From the NCBI GenBank assembly GCA_951406725.2, contig OX597825.1:74400001-74464000 (forward strand): a stretch of DNA of 64,000 bases, given 5' to 3'. The position numbers and the translations under genes were made by a program. Each line of letters begins with the position of its first letter. Positions within the stretch are counted from its first letter, which is position 1. A model generated the notes under the pieces. That model saw only the letters and a program-made list of their open reading frames with translations, searched no databases and was not told the origin of the DNA. Below are positions 14,796 through 28,178 of this stretch, piece after piece. Source of the DNA: Octopus vulgaris (Eukaryota).

Positions 14796-15364
14796 AATTA
14801 ATGCAACATCTACATTGCCCTTCATGTGCTGTACAGCAGTTATGTAGATATACATATAACGGAACCACGCAATGCAAGGCATAGTTGCCAAGCATTGCAT
14901 GTCGAGCGTTTTTCAACTGGTTTAAACATAATCATAATCACACACATACATACATATGCCAAATCGTACGCAGATCCCATCTCTCAAATTATACGTACAG
15001 GTTATTGGCCTACATCTCGAACCAGAGAACGTGAACCTAACACCAGGACATTGCGAGGCGAAATCTTTGAGCGTACTGACAAGTTTGTGCCATTATGATT
15101 TATAATATACTGAAATAATCGAATCATATATGGACGTCAACGAAAAAAACATTAAAAAGTGATTCGTTAAATTAATCAGAGAAAGAAATATGAACACATT
15201 TATCGCAAAAACATCTGGTAACTGAATAGATTTGTCTCAAATAATAAATCACATGAACTTATAATATATATATATGTCTTTGAATATGTGTATACCTCTT
15301 ATACACGTGACTGGATAAATATAGGTGCATATATACTTTCAAACGTACAGGCATATGTATATGT

Positions 15365-15620
15365 GTCATCTCTTGTGAAGGGTAGGAGAGTCCAGTTTGC
15401 TGGACATTGTTGTAGAGCTGAAAAAGAAGTAATTTCTACTCTTCTCCTCTGGAAGCCATCTACTCGCAACACCAGAGGGCGCACACTCTCCTACCCTGAT
15501 GTAATCTCCAGGGATACAGGCATCCAGCAACAGGACCTCCGTAATGCTATGATGGACCGTGAAGTCTGGCGCAACATGGTAAATTCCATTGTCTCGACCA
15601 CGGTCGAACAATAATGATGA

Positions 15621-15625
<5 letters not shown>
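15365..15625 (+). mobile_element. 5'-truncated RTE-like LINE, ORF2 C-terminus with (TGA)n tail
   Basis: Translation [17 protein letters not shown]...LLLWKP...RGR...[10 protein letters not shown]...[13 protein letters not shown] resembles the RTE C-terminal R.L..AGH..R / M.DR..WR motifs; short tandem tail right after the stop. Confidence 0.85.
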
Positions 15626-15666
<41 letters not shown>

Positions 15667-15847
15667 GTATATATATATCTGTGTGTGTGTAGTTGTGTGG
15701 ATGGGTGTATGCGTACGTATATCTTATGTAAATGCATATATATATATATATATATATTATTAGTATTTTCATATATGTATATGTATACGTACATATATAT
15801 GCATATATATAGGTATATATATATATTTATATATATATATTCACATA

Positions 15848-15908
<61 letters not shown>

Positions 15909-16972
15909 GAATGCATAAATATATATAGAGCTGCATGTAAATCAATGATAAATCTACTAAGTAGAGTTTCTTTGTTATAAAGGTCAGTGCAAAATATGCT
16001 TCAGGAAATACCTCACAACATCCTATTATATGGTCGCACCTGTGCGCTGATCTGTAAATGAATTACACCGCTATAAATCTATTGTTACCTTAGTTTCTAA
16101 ATCAGGTGTCAGCTGAAATGGATCAACATACTGAAAATGAGATTAGAAAGAAGTAGTAGTTAATAGGCTTTTTAAATGTTTAATTAACTAAGCTCTCTGG
16201 TTAATAACTTGGTATGAAATATTTTAATACGATAAAATCAGCGGCACATTAAGTTGTTTCAAATTGACCCACGCTAATCATTGCCAATGATAACGTGGAT
16301 TTAACTAAGCAAATCGTTAACACCCGAAGGAAAGAGAGGAGGAGAAGACTGAGTATGATGCATTATGAACCCACTCTATGATCTTTAACTGTACATCATA
16401 CTCAAATACGAAGCATTGAGAAGCCGCAACAGCTACGAAGTACTTATTTATCACCCTCGCAAATTCGAATCTCCATGACATTTTGTCATTTTATTTCTCT
16501 TGCTGGAAAAGAATTTTGCTTTAAGTAGGAACGGCGAGGCAAAATGAATGAATTACATGAGTCAACATTTAGAAGATTTATATTTCAATATACAATTGCT
16601 TGACAAACCGATATTTCGATATCATATATCATTAGAAGCTTGATATTACGTTAGTCGATATTTGGCCTCCTGATATTTCGATAGACCTTGGTTTGAACTA
16701 TAGCAGTTCGATGTATTTTGCAACTGAAGTTTGACAGTCCGAAGTTTGAAGATACAGTTTCCGATACAGTTACCGAATATTTGTAGTTCATTAGTTCAGG
16801 GTCATCCACGATCGAATAAACCTTTCATAGAAGTTCCCTCTATGACAATTCGGGGATTTAAATACCTGAGGAGCAACTGCAATAGAACGAGATCTAAAGG
16901 GGAAAAAGTGGAACGAATCGAGAGTCGAAGAAACTCAGAGACGGGCGATATATCGGGAATATATATATATAT

Positions 16973-17369
16973 AGGCGCAGGAGTGGCTGTTTGGTAAGTA
17001 GCTTGCTAACCAACCACATAGTTCCGGGTTCAGTCCCACTGCGTGGCATCTTGGGCAAGTATCTTCTGCTATAGCCCCGGGCCGACCAATGCCTTGTGAG
17101 TGGATTTGGTAGACGGAAACTGAAAGAAGCCTGTCGTATATATGTATATATATATATAAGTGTGTGTGAATATGTTTGTGTGTCTGTGTTTGTTCCCCTA
17201 GCATTGCTTGACAACTGATGCTGGTGTGTTTACGTCACCGTCACTTAGCGGTTCGGCAAAAGAGACCGATAGAATAAGTACTGGGCTTACAAAGAATTGC
17301 TCGACTAAAGGCGGTGCTCCAGCATGGCCGCAGTCAAATGACTGAAACAAGAAAAAAGAGTAAAAAAAG

Positions 17370-17370
<1 letters not shown>
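16973..17370 (+). mobile_element. Full-length SINE family A
   Basis: Near-identical to 6455 and 32796. Confidence 0.9.
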
Positions 17371-17431
<61 letters not shown>

Positions 17432-17874
17432 TTTGTGTGTGTGTATGTGTGAAACAGAGAGATATACCAAGTGTGAGAGAGATTTATCAGGTTTACTTGT
17501 AGATTATCAACGAATGTATTTCTTATACTTCAATAACAGAATCCCCGTGACAAGTATATCTAACTTTTAGCGGCTCACCCATCTACCTGTAAATAACTGC
17601 TAAAAGAAAGGTGGTACAGCTCACCATTGTAAGCAGCAGGGACATTCTGGATTTGACGAGTGTTTATGAGATTGCATTGTTAGGATTTAACGTTTACGTG
17701 TAATTAATTTTCTCAGTATGAACTACGCGCACACGTATCTTTAATAGGGCTTCAACAAGATGTATCGTTTTCCACCATTATCACGGCGTCCATTTTGTAA
17801 CTATGAATGCCTCTGCTTGTTTTCCTAGAAATAAATACATAACAAATTTCGAATTACACCAGCCGTATGACTGT

Positions 17875-18375
17875 TCCAAATTTTGGTGCAAGCCCAGGAA
17901 ATGTAAGTGGACTAATTCGAGTCCAGTACTTCACAGGTACTTCATTTTATCGATACCGAAAGGAAGAAAGGAAAAACTGACCTCGGCGAGATTAGAACTC
18001 AGAACATGAAAGACGGAAAAAAATGTTACAAACTATTTTCATCCGACGTGCTAACGATTCTACCAGCTTGTAGCATTCATCTACTTCGTAACAAACGGAG
18101 TCATCCATAACAGAGACGAGTACCAACGTTCGTATAAGAGGAAATAGGATTTTATTTAGAAGCTTTATCAGAAAAGGATTGAAATATAATTTGTTTGCAA
18201 GGATAATATTGATTTCAAATTTAAGTAATTTCGGGGGAAGGAACAAGTTAGTTAGTTCGATCACAATGCTCAACTCATACTTACTTTATCGATCCCCAAA
18301 AGAAAGAAAAGCAAAGTCGACACAGTCGGAATTTGAACTCAGAACGTAAAGACAGACGAAACGTCACTAAGCAAG
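17875..18375 (-). mobile_element. Two degenerate family B SINEs (about 17875-18070 and 18210-18375)
   Basis: aaagtcgac/tttgaactcagaacgtaaagac and gctaacgattct motifs in reverse orientation. Confidence 0.7.
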
Positions 18376-18471
18376 TATATTAAGCACGGAACTTTTTTAC
18401 TGATAATCATAGGAGTATGTTATATAATATAATATAATATATATATATATTTATATATTATTTTATTATTA

Positions 18472-18529
<58 letters not shown>

Positions 18530-18957
18530 CATTATTACTATTTTTTTTTATTGTTGTTGTTGTTGTCGTTGATAACAACGCGACGGTTATGTTGGCAAAC
18601 ACAGAGGGACTTGTTAATCTGACCAGTTGGTTTACTGTTTCTTTGTGATTGAGCAAAGCTGTTTTCACTTTATTTTCCATACATTTTTTTTGATTCTGCG
18701 GTTGTATTCCATGGTGGAGCGGAATGCTAAACGAATCAGTGAAATATGTTTTTAGTTTTGTTTATTGTGTGGAAAAGATTAAGAAAGGGGGGGGGAGGGG
18801 AAACAAAGACGTTACAAAAATAAATCAAAGCTTTCCCATTCACATAATATTTGATGTTCGTTTACATTAAATGTTTGGTATTTCATACATTCAATATATT
18901 CTAGACACAAACACACACACACACACACACACAATGTATTCTCACACCCCCATGAGT

Positions 18958-19007
<50 letters not shown>

Positions 19008-19083
19008 GCATACATACAGACATATATATAAATACAAATATATATATATATGTATGCATACATATTTACATATATGTATTTTT

Positions 19084-19114
<31 letters not shown>

Positions 19115-19377
19115 CTATATAATACAATATATATATATATATATATGTATGTATATATAGATATATATGTATATAGATACAGTCGAACAGTTTGTTTTGA
19201 CTATTTACGTGTACGTCGGGTGCCTAAAGGCGCTTCTTTTCATCTTAGTCAACATGACGTCACATGTGTTTTGTCAAGAATTCTTTAGTATTCATGTGAA
19301 GTTGAGACTCATTTTGAAGATGATACGACTTTTCGCATCAACAGAACGTTTCCACCTCGTTCAGTATAAGTTTATAC

Positions 19378-19451
<74 letters not shown>

Positions 19452-19481
19452 TATTCTATGTATATATATATATTATATAGG

Positions 19482-19515
<34 letters not shown>

Positions 19516-19523
19516 GTAGTGAG

Positions 19524-19524
<1 letters not shown>

Positions 19525-19574
<50 letters not shown>

Positions 19575-19615
19575 GAGATAGAGAGATAGATAGGTAGATA
19601 GATAGATGATGGATG

Positions 19616-19686
<71 letters not shown>

Positions 19687-19708
19687 CGATAGATAAATAG
19701 ATAGATAT

Positions 19709-19763
<55 letters not shown>

Positions 19764-19772
19764 TATAGATAA

Positions 19773-19855
<83 letters not shown>
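19525..19855. repeat. (GATA)n tetranucleotide tract
   Basis: Read directly; other (GATA)n tracts near 24280, 31450, 41160, 46555 and 59100. Confidence 0.95.
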
Positions 19856-19857
<2 letters not shown>

Positions 19858-20087
19858 TAGTTAGATATGCACTAACGTAGAGCTTGTCAAAAGCGACGTG
19901 CCGAAATTTAATCTTCCCTCAGTAATTCATAAGGATTCTGCAAGACATATTTCTTCTTTTTCTTCTGCTTCAGTTTGTCTTCTTTCTGCCGAGTGCTATA
20001 CTTTCTGCCTCTATTCACAATTTATCCACACTCGAGATATTCATATACTTGATTATATTTTCTCCTCATCCATTTCTACGTACCTCA

Positions 20088-20396
20088 GTATGTATGTATG
20101 TATGTATGTATGTATGTATGTATGTATGTATGTATGTATGTATGTTTTATGTATGTATGTATGTTGTATGTTTGTTGTATGTATGTATGTATGTATGTAT
20201 GTATGTATGTATGTATGTATGTATGTATGTATGTATTGGACTTTACTCTGTTTCTGAAGAAGAGAGTATGCATGTATGTATGTATGTATGTATGTATGTA
20301 TGTATGTGTGTGTGTATGTATGTATGTATGTATAAATGTATGTATGTATGTATGTATGTGTGTATGTATGTGTGTATGTATGTACGTATGTATGTA
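20088..20396. repeat. (TATG)n tract
   Basis: Read directly. Confidence 0.95.
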
Positions 20397-20744
20397 TTGG
20401 ACTTTACTCATTTTTCAAAATCTTGCTCCAATATCTTTACCACACATGAATTTCACTCTTTTTCTTTCTAACCATTGTATTCTATCTATCATTCAATCAC
20501 TTTCTCTAATTCCGTTATTTTAGAGTTCTAATGAATGACATAAACAACAATATGCAATTCACAATGGAATATATTCAAAATCAAATACTCTTCCAGATAT
20601 TTTAATCATTAGAAAAAGACAGAAACACCGAATCCGACGTGGGCTACAAATGTCAGACAAACACAATATACTGTTTTGATTAGCAACAATAATATGCTCC
20701 GCAGTTTCGAATTTTTATACTCGGAATAAATGGCTCTAATAACG

Positions 20745-20960
20745 ATGTCAAATTTTGGCACAAGGCCAGCAAGTTTCGGGGAGGGATTAAGTGGATTACA
20801 TCGACCCCAGGGTTCAACTGGTACTCCTTTTGTCGACCCTCGAAAGGGAGAAAGGCAAAGTCGTCCCCGGTGGAATTTTATCTCAAAATGTATAAAGACG
20901 GACAAAATGCCGCTTAGCATCTTGTTCGATGTGCTAACGATTCAACCAACTCGCCATCTT
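20745..20960 (-). mobile_element. Family B Meta-type SINE
   Basis: ttttggcacaaggccagcaa...catcgacccc...ctggtac...tcgaccctcgaaagg...aaggcaaagtcg. Confidence 0.8.
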
Positions 20961-21446
20961 AAAAGTCTCTACTAATGACAGCGAAAACTGCTTGTAAGTC
21001 GAAACCTGTCAGAGCAATAAGTAGACAATGATTACGAAAGACAAAAACAAACCAGGGCCACCTGAAACCTTTTCTTGAAATTCCTTATCGTTTGGGTTCT
21101 GGTAGGTTTGCTGAGATTTCTGCCAATTTTGGTTCCGTAAAAAGGAACGTTAAATTACAAGACTTAAAATTGTGGTACAAATAATTTTGTACCCGAATTA
21201 AGTGTAAAGAATTTTTACGAATAAAACCTCCCGGTAGACGCGTTGTAATTGTTATCGATATTGTTGATTTGATCTGAGCTTGCATTGTTTGTAACTTCCT
21301 ATAAAAACAAGTTAGAGGAATGTGGCTATAAATTTAATGCTTGAATGATTATTAATAAGAGGCTATTAAGCAAAATAGCGTGATTTATTTATTGCTATAT
21401 GTCAACATATTTCATAGCTCACGAAAATCATGTCGGAAATAATTGC

Positions 21447-21938
<492 letters not shown>

Positions 21939-22654
21939 ACTGTAATTTCGGTCAGGCCTGAATGAACTGCATTATAGTTAGTAGGAAGTCGATCGAAATA
22001 TCATGTTTTTACCTGCTTAATAGCCAAACTAGTCACGAACCCACTGTGCGTTTTATCGCAAAGGATGCAATCGGGTAATCTTAGCATGTTATGCAGCGTC
22101 CGTTCTACAGCCCACTATGCTACACCTGCCTGTTACTGTTTAGCCCTAGGACAAATTTTACGTAGCAAATCTAAGACTAAATGTATTCCAGCAGTGACTA
22201 CCTCTTTTGATTTTTTTAAGAGTATACAAGACTATATTAAATATTGTAAGATTTCCAATTAATGTAATTTATATAATTAAATAAATAAAAGCTATGCTGA
22301 TAAAAGTTATGAACTTTCAATTTCAGAGATTATCGCCACCGTCAATTTATGAGATTATCGCCACCGTCCATTCGAAACGGTTGCAATTGCTCAAAGCATT
22401 TATATATTTTTCTTTCGAAGAAAAGATAATTTCGGTATATCAAGAACGTATCCTGTACGATATGTTATATATAATAATTCGTCTTTATTATTGATATTCT
22501 TGCCGTTGGCCTCGCTGAGTTATTTCTCTTAACGAATTTAAGTTCATATTAGGCAGATTGCCCTAGGCTGTAAATGCTATCGGGCCATTATGTATATACA
22601 TCAGTATCTCGTTGGCTGAAGTCGAGGTGACTCGGCCACGGTGCGTAATCGATG

Positions 22655-22695
<41 letters not shown>

Positions 22696-22965
22696 CGATA
22701 AAAATGTCCCATTGAGGAATAAATAATGGATGCAAAAGTTCGAGTATAGATTTGAAGGTGATACTGCAACGTTTGCCAATTGACTTAAACACATCAAATT
22801 ATGTGTATGGCCGTGTGTGTGTGTGTGTGTGTGTCTCTGTGTGTCTCTGTGTGTCTCTGTGTGTGTGGGTATGTGTGTGTATTACTTAGCTGCATAGATG
22901 TATTTACATATATGTGTATATGTGAATATATATTTTCGCTTACGTGTGTACATACACACAGACAG

Positions 22966-23011
<46 letters not shown>

Positions 23012-23549
23012 AAACACATATAAATTAAACATTCATATATAAATTAGACAGCCACGGAGACATAACACAACCCTGTCTTAACCTCACCTTCACATCAAGC
23101 CACTCACTTCACCACCCAGCCTAACGCACGCCCTACTTTCTCCATAAAAAACTCTGATCAGTGTGTGTGGTTTGCATGGCCGTGTAGATATATCTACATA
23201 TATGTGTATATGTGAATATATATATTTTCGCTTATGTGCATATACACACACAGACACAGTCACAGACACACTCACACACAAACACATATAGCTATGTATG
23301 GATGAATGCAATTATATATTTGTGTGAGTGCGTGTGTATGCGTTTTGTATGACCGCATACATATATCTACGCATATGTGTATATGTGGATATATATGTTT
23401 GCTTATGTGTATACACACAAGCACATACATATGTTTGTATATAAGTTTATATTTATATATGCAAGTATATATTTTGCGCGTGTGTGTGTTTGTGTGTGTG
23501 TGTGTGTGTATGTGTGTGTGTGTTTGTGATTCAAGGAAGATACAAGTCG

Positions 23550-24040
23550 CACCATCACATCACACACACCCTAGAACTGGAAAGGCTAAAAGAACGCAAA
23601 TGGCAAGGGGAAACAACACTAGCAATTAAGTTCATGAAAGAAGGAGAAATGCCAATCAGGACGGCACAAAGTACAGTGTAGGTGTCTAATATAAGGAGCC
23701 CAGTAATGGGATATGAAAGTAGACCCGGGGAAAGATTACAGTTTCCCCAGATAATTGTGACAAATCTGAAGCCAGTTGTAATATTTTGGTTTTAAAAGAC
23801 AAAGTAAACAATATCAATTAAGCTTACTCTTCCGTGGGAAGATCGATATTATCAAGGCTTTTGAATGGAAGCGTGCCATGTACAAGAGCCTTCTGCAGAT
23901 TTATAAAGAGAAGAGATGGCAGTTATGGCTTTTCCCAGTCGAGATTGGCTGTAGAGGATTCCCTGCTCAGTCGGTAAGACTGAGGGAAGTTGTTGCTAGT
24001 TATGGAGTTAGAGGGAAGAGTTAAGCAGGAAGCTAGAAGA
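23550..24040 (+). pseudogene. Decayed restriction-like endonuclease domain of a Hero-type non-LTR retrotransposon
   Basis: Manual translation across 2 frameshifts and 2 stops: WDMKVD/ERLQFPQIIVTNLKPVVIFW...IKLTLPWEDR...FEWKRAMYKSL...RWQLWLFPVEIGCRGFPAQSV, matching the LRPD...ELTVPWE...K..KY...PVEVGCRGF pattern. Confidence 0.8.
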
Positions 24041-24125
24041 ATATAATCAGGGATTTGGTCAACTCTGCTGACAGCCAAAAAGTAATGCGAAAGTGGGCAT
24101 GGATGTTTGTATGTATGTGTTTATT

Positions 24126-24159
<34 letters not shown>

Positions 24160-24231
24160 CTTAAATCCTTAAAAATGGTTTAGCCCGAAGGCCGCGTCCA
24201 TGTTGGGGTACCAAGAGAGAGAGAGAGAGAT

Positions 24232-24349
<118 letters not shown>

Positions 24350-25013
24350 TACGTGCATGCATATATACTGCTGCATTGATCGAGAAATAAATACGCATAT
24401 GTATGTATATACATATACATAAATCAGTCTGTGTTTCTGTGTTTAGAATAATTTAAACGTACGCATGCATCTATTTGCATCAGTACATGCATAGTTTATA
24501 AATGGAATCGTGTATGTCGGTAGGGAAAAGCTTTTGTGGGCTTCTGTGCGCGTGTGTGTGTTCGTATGGATGTGAGTGTTTATATGAGTATGTATACGTG
24601 TGCATGTGTGTGAGCAGATATTTTACAGAGCAATTCCTTAATCCATGCTTTACTGCTGACATATTTACATAAACCAATGAATAAACTCTGGAAGGGGAAT
24701 AGAAACAAATGATAATTAAAGGAGGAGGTGGGATTGAGGGATTCTTATGAAATGCATGGCATAAAAAATATTTACCTTTATTCCACTAGAAAAATATATA
24801 GCATAATACATGCATAGAATATATCGGTATACAAGCACTCGCTGATTGTCTCTACATGCGGTCCAGGTTTGCTAAAAACAACAACCAAATCAGACAACAG
24901 ATGACGCGTCTTTTGTAGTCCTAGATACACAACGTTCCATGAAAATATTGGATATCCACGGAATGCTTTTCTTTTCTTTCTGCGATCTTGAAAACATAAG
25001 GACACATTGGATG

Positions 25014-25539
25014 CAGGGCCTGATCTATCTATGGGTAAGTATAAGCCATAACCCAGAGGCCCCCAATTTTACTTCATTTTGATCTTGGATACTGCTCTCT
25101 ATTATCGTTTATATTTCATAAAAACTGATACCTAGTTTTAGTTTTGTCCTTAAATTATTTATATCCGAAAAACGGCTGCTTTTGAGAAATTTATTTATAT
25201 TCTGTTGGTTTTTATGAGCAATATTGTTTTTATTTGTTTCTCGTTTGTTGATACTTTCGAAATGAGTTTTTTCTTATTTAGCCTTAAATTGAAGTAAACT
25301 TCGTTTTGTTAACCAACGATAATCGTACCAAGGTAAACTGAATACATGTCATGTTTCAATTTAATTGTGTGACAGTCTTTGTTATTTTGGCTGCACCAGC
25401 CAAGTTTATTAGTTTTGAAATTCATAATGATATTGATTGACTTTAGACATTTAAACAGTTGAAAATTTCATAAGCAAAATCGAATGGTCTCCAAAAGATC
25501 TTTTGGCCCAGGACCTCATTACATCTAATACCGACTCTG
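25014..25539. mobile_element. Possible old hAT-type MITE
   Basis: Starts cagggcctgatct; the end reverse-complements to cagagtcggtatt; AT-rich interior; 8-bp TSD poorly conserved. Confidence 0.35.
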
Positions 25540-26032
25540 ATTGTAGTCCTAGTTATATTGCTCCTTCCTTTCTGCTGAATACATTAAAGGAATCAGCGCT
25601 GTCTTATTTTTAGCCGCTCATTTGCTACCGTATTTTTTACATATATCAGTTTACGTGTAAATTATTCTACTAAATACATTCCAATTTCAACCCTTGTGAA
25701 CCAACGATAGAACCTCTATGTTGTTGATACACTGGAAAAAATATTGAAATCAAACGTAAATCAAACTCAACTCTATAAATTAAAAGGAACGCATAGAATA
25801 AGTTAGCCCAAGATAGAAAACTACGATGTGGTTGAATGTAAGTCAGGGACGTCAGAGTAGGAACTCCTTTCTTCTTAATCTATCTATTCAAAGTCTATTT
25901 AATAAAAGATTTTCTGGTGCTAAACAATTATAACCACAAGAACAACAGTAACTTTTTACCCGCTTCTCTATAAGTAAATAGTCACTGGTGCCTGGTCAAA
26001 ATATATAAACATATTATAAACAAATATATTAA

Positions 26033-26397
26033 GGAAGCACTCCGTCGGTTACGACGACGAGGGTTCCGGTTGATCCGATCAACGGAACAGCCTGCTCGTA
26101 AAATTAACGTGTAAGTGGCTGAGCACTCCACAGACACGTGTACCCTTAACGTAGTTCTCGGGGATATTCAGCGTGACACAGAGAGTGACAAGGCCGGCCC
26201 TTTGAAATACAGGTACAACAGAAACAAGAAGTAAGAGTGAGAGAAAGTTGTGGTGAAAGAGTACAGCATGGATCACCACCATCCCTGCCGGAGCCTGGTG
26301 GAGCTTTTAGGTGTTTTCGCTCAATAAACACTCACAACGCCCGCGATCCTACGACCGCGAATCCGCTGCCCTAACCACTGGGCCATTGCGCCTCCAC
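26033..26397 (-). mobile_element. Chimeric SINE: family C head with family D tail
   Basis: 26220-26397 matches the head of the 1070-1388 copy; 26033-26215 matches the tail of the 1-253 copy. Confidence 0.85.
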
Positions 26398-26768
26398 AAA
26401 CAAACAAATATATAAACATAATATAAACTCACTTGTTGTGATGTAGTAAAATTAAAGTTGTTTCGATCCAAAACTAGAACTGCGAAAAATGTGAGCCTCA
26501 CAATAAGAGCTACTGACCCTGAATTTAAGATATGGATCAATTTTAATAAAATATTATTGAATGGAATTAAGTCTCTGAGGAATGCGCCCTGCGATTTTAT
26601 GATATCAAATTAAAGTATTGCACACTTGGAATAAATTCTCGTATGTTCCTAACTAATGTAGTTAAAACCAGTTCAAAAGAAGTCATATATCTTGGTCTGG
26701 ATAATAAAGAATCGATTTTGGAATTACCAATAGAATGATTCTTAAAACGTTCACCGATACAGACTCAT

Positions 26769-26803
<35 letters not shown>

Positions 26804-26868
26804 ACTTACAAACCTATTTAAACTACCTGCTTTTATATAATATTACCTCGTACAAAGAGACATGCACG

Positions 26869-28178
26869 TAATAAACCAGAATATTGGGACGTAGTGCATG
26901 GTCTCACACAAAAGCAGAGATTTATTGCACCTGTATATACATGTATGTGATTAAACATAAATGTCTGAACGTATATTTATATATATATGTGTATACGTAC
27001 ATATACACATACATATACTTACGTGTCTCTATATATTATATATACATGTATATATGCATATATATATAAACATATACTTACAGTATATTACATTTGTAAG
27101 AGTATATATATATACATATTTATACACATACATACATACATATATACATACATGTGTCTCAGAAGCACACATGTATCTATATGTATACACAAATTCATAC
27201 ACTCGCGCGAGCACACACACATACATACATACATATATACATACATACATATATACATACATACATATATGCATACTTATATACATATATACATACATAC
27301 ATACATGCATACATAAATGTATGTGCGTGCGTGTGTATGTGTGTGAGTGTGTGTGTGTTTACGTGCAGGGCCATATGATCGAAGCTCTATCTTGCATATT
27401 TTTCTGCTTCATTACTCTTGTCAATAATGACCTTTCAAAAGATCGATATTATTTTATCCAATAACATTTCTAATATTTAATGGCCGTAAAAATATTAAAA
27501 AAATATATTTATATTTATCATACTTTGACAATTATTTACTTTGATCGTTCAACCTGAACGATATACAGCAATGATGTTCATAGTTCTTTTGCAAGAAATT
27601 ATTTTACATTTTTTAATATTTTTGCACTATCTTATTAGTGATGGCAGATATTCTGAGACTTTTATTTGGTTGAGAATCTACTTTGATGGTTTGCCATTTT
27701 CTGGAATATATATTCTATTAGTTGCCATGGGTTATTTCTTTATTTTTATATTTACTTGTCTTTTAGTCGAAACATTAAGACAGAGACCATGGCACTTTAC
27801 AAGGCTCCCGAGATTGTTGAGAGGTGGTGTAGAAGTTGTCCTCAAACAAAGGCTCTAATTCGAATGCTTTCAACAGAATGAAGTCCGCTTAGTGGTACTT
27901 CAGGGCCAGATGGTGGTGTTAAACCGAACGATACACTAAGTCTACCACTTAATTTACCCACCACGGTAGCATTTCAACTCAGAACATAAAGACCGTAATA
28001 AATTAATAAACCAGAATATTGGGACGTAGTGCATGGTCTCACACAAAAGCAGAGATTTATTGCACCTGTATACACATGTATGTGATTAAACATAAATGGC
28101 TGAACGTATATTTATATATATATATATGTACATATACACATACATATATTTACGTGTCTCTATATATTATATATACAT
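26869..28178 (+). repeat. About 175-bp direct duplication (26869-27047 and 28004-28178)
   Basis: taataaaccagaatattgggacgtagtgcatggtctcacacaaaagcagag... is present twice and nearly identical. Confidence 0.9.
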
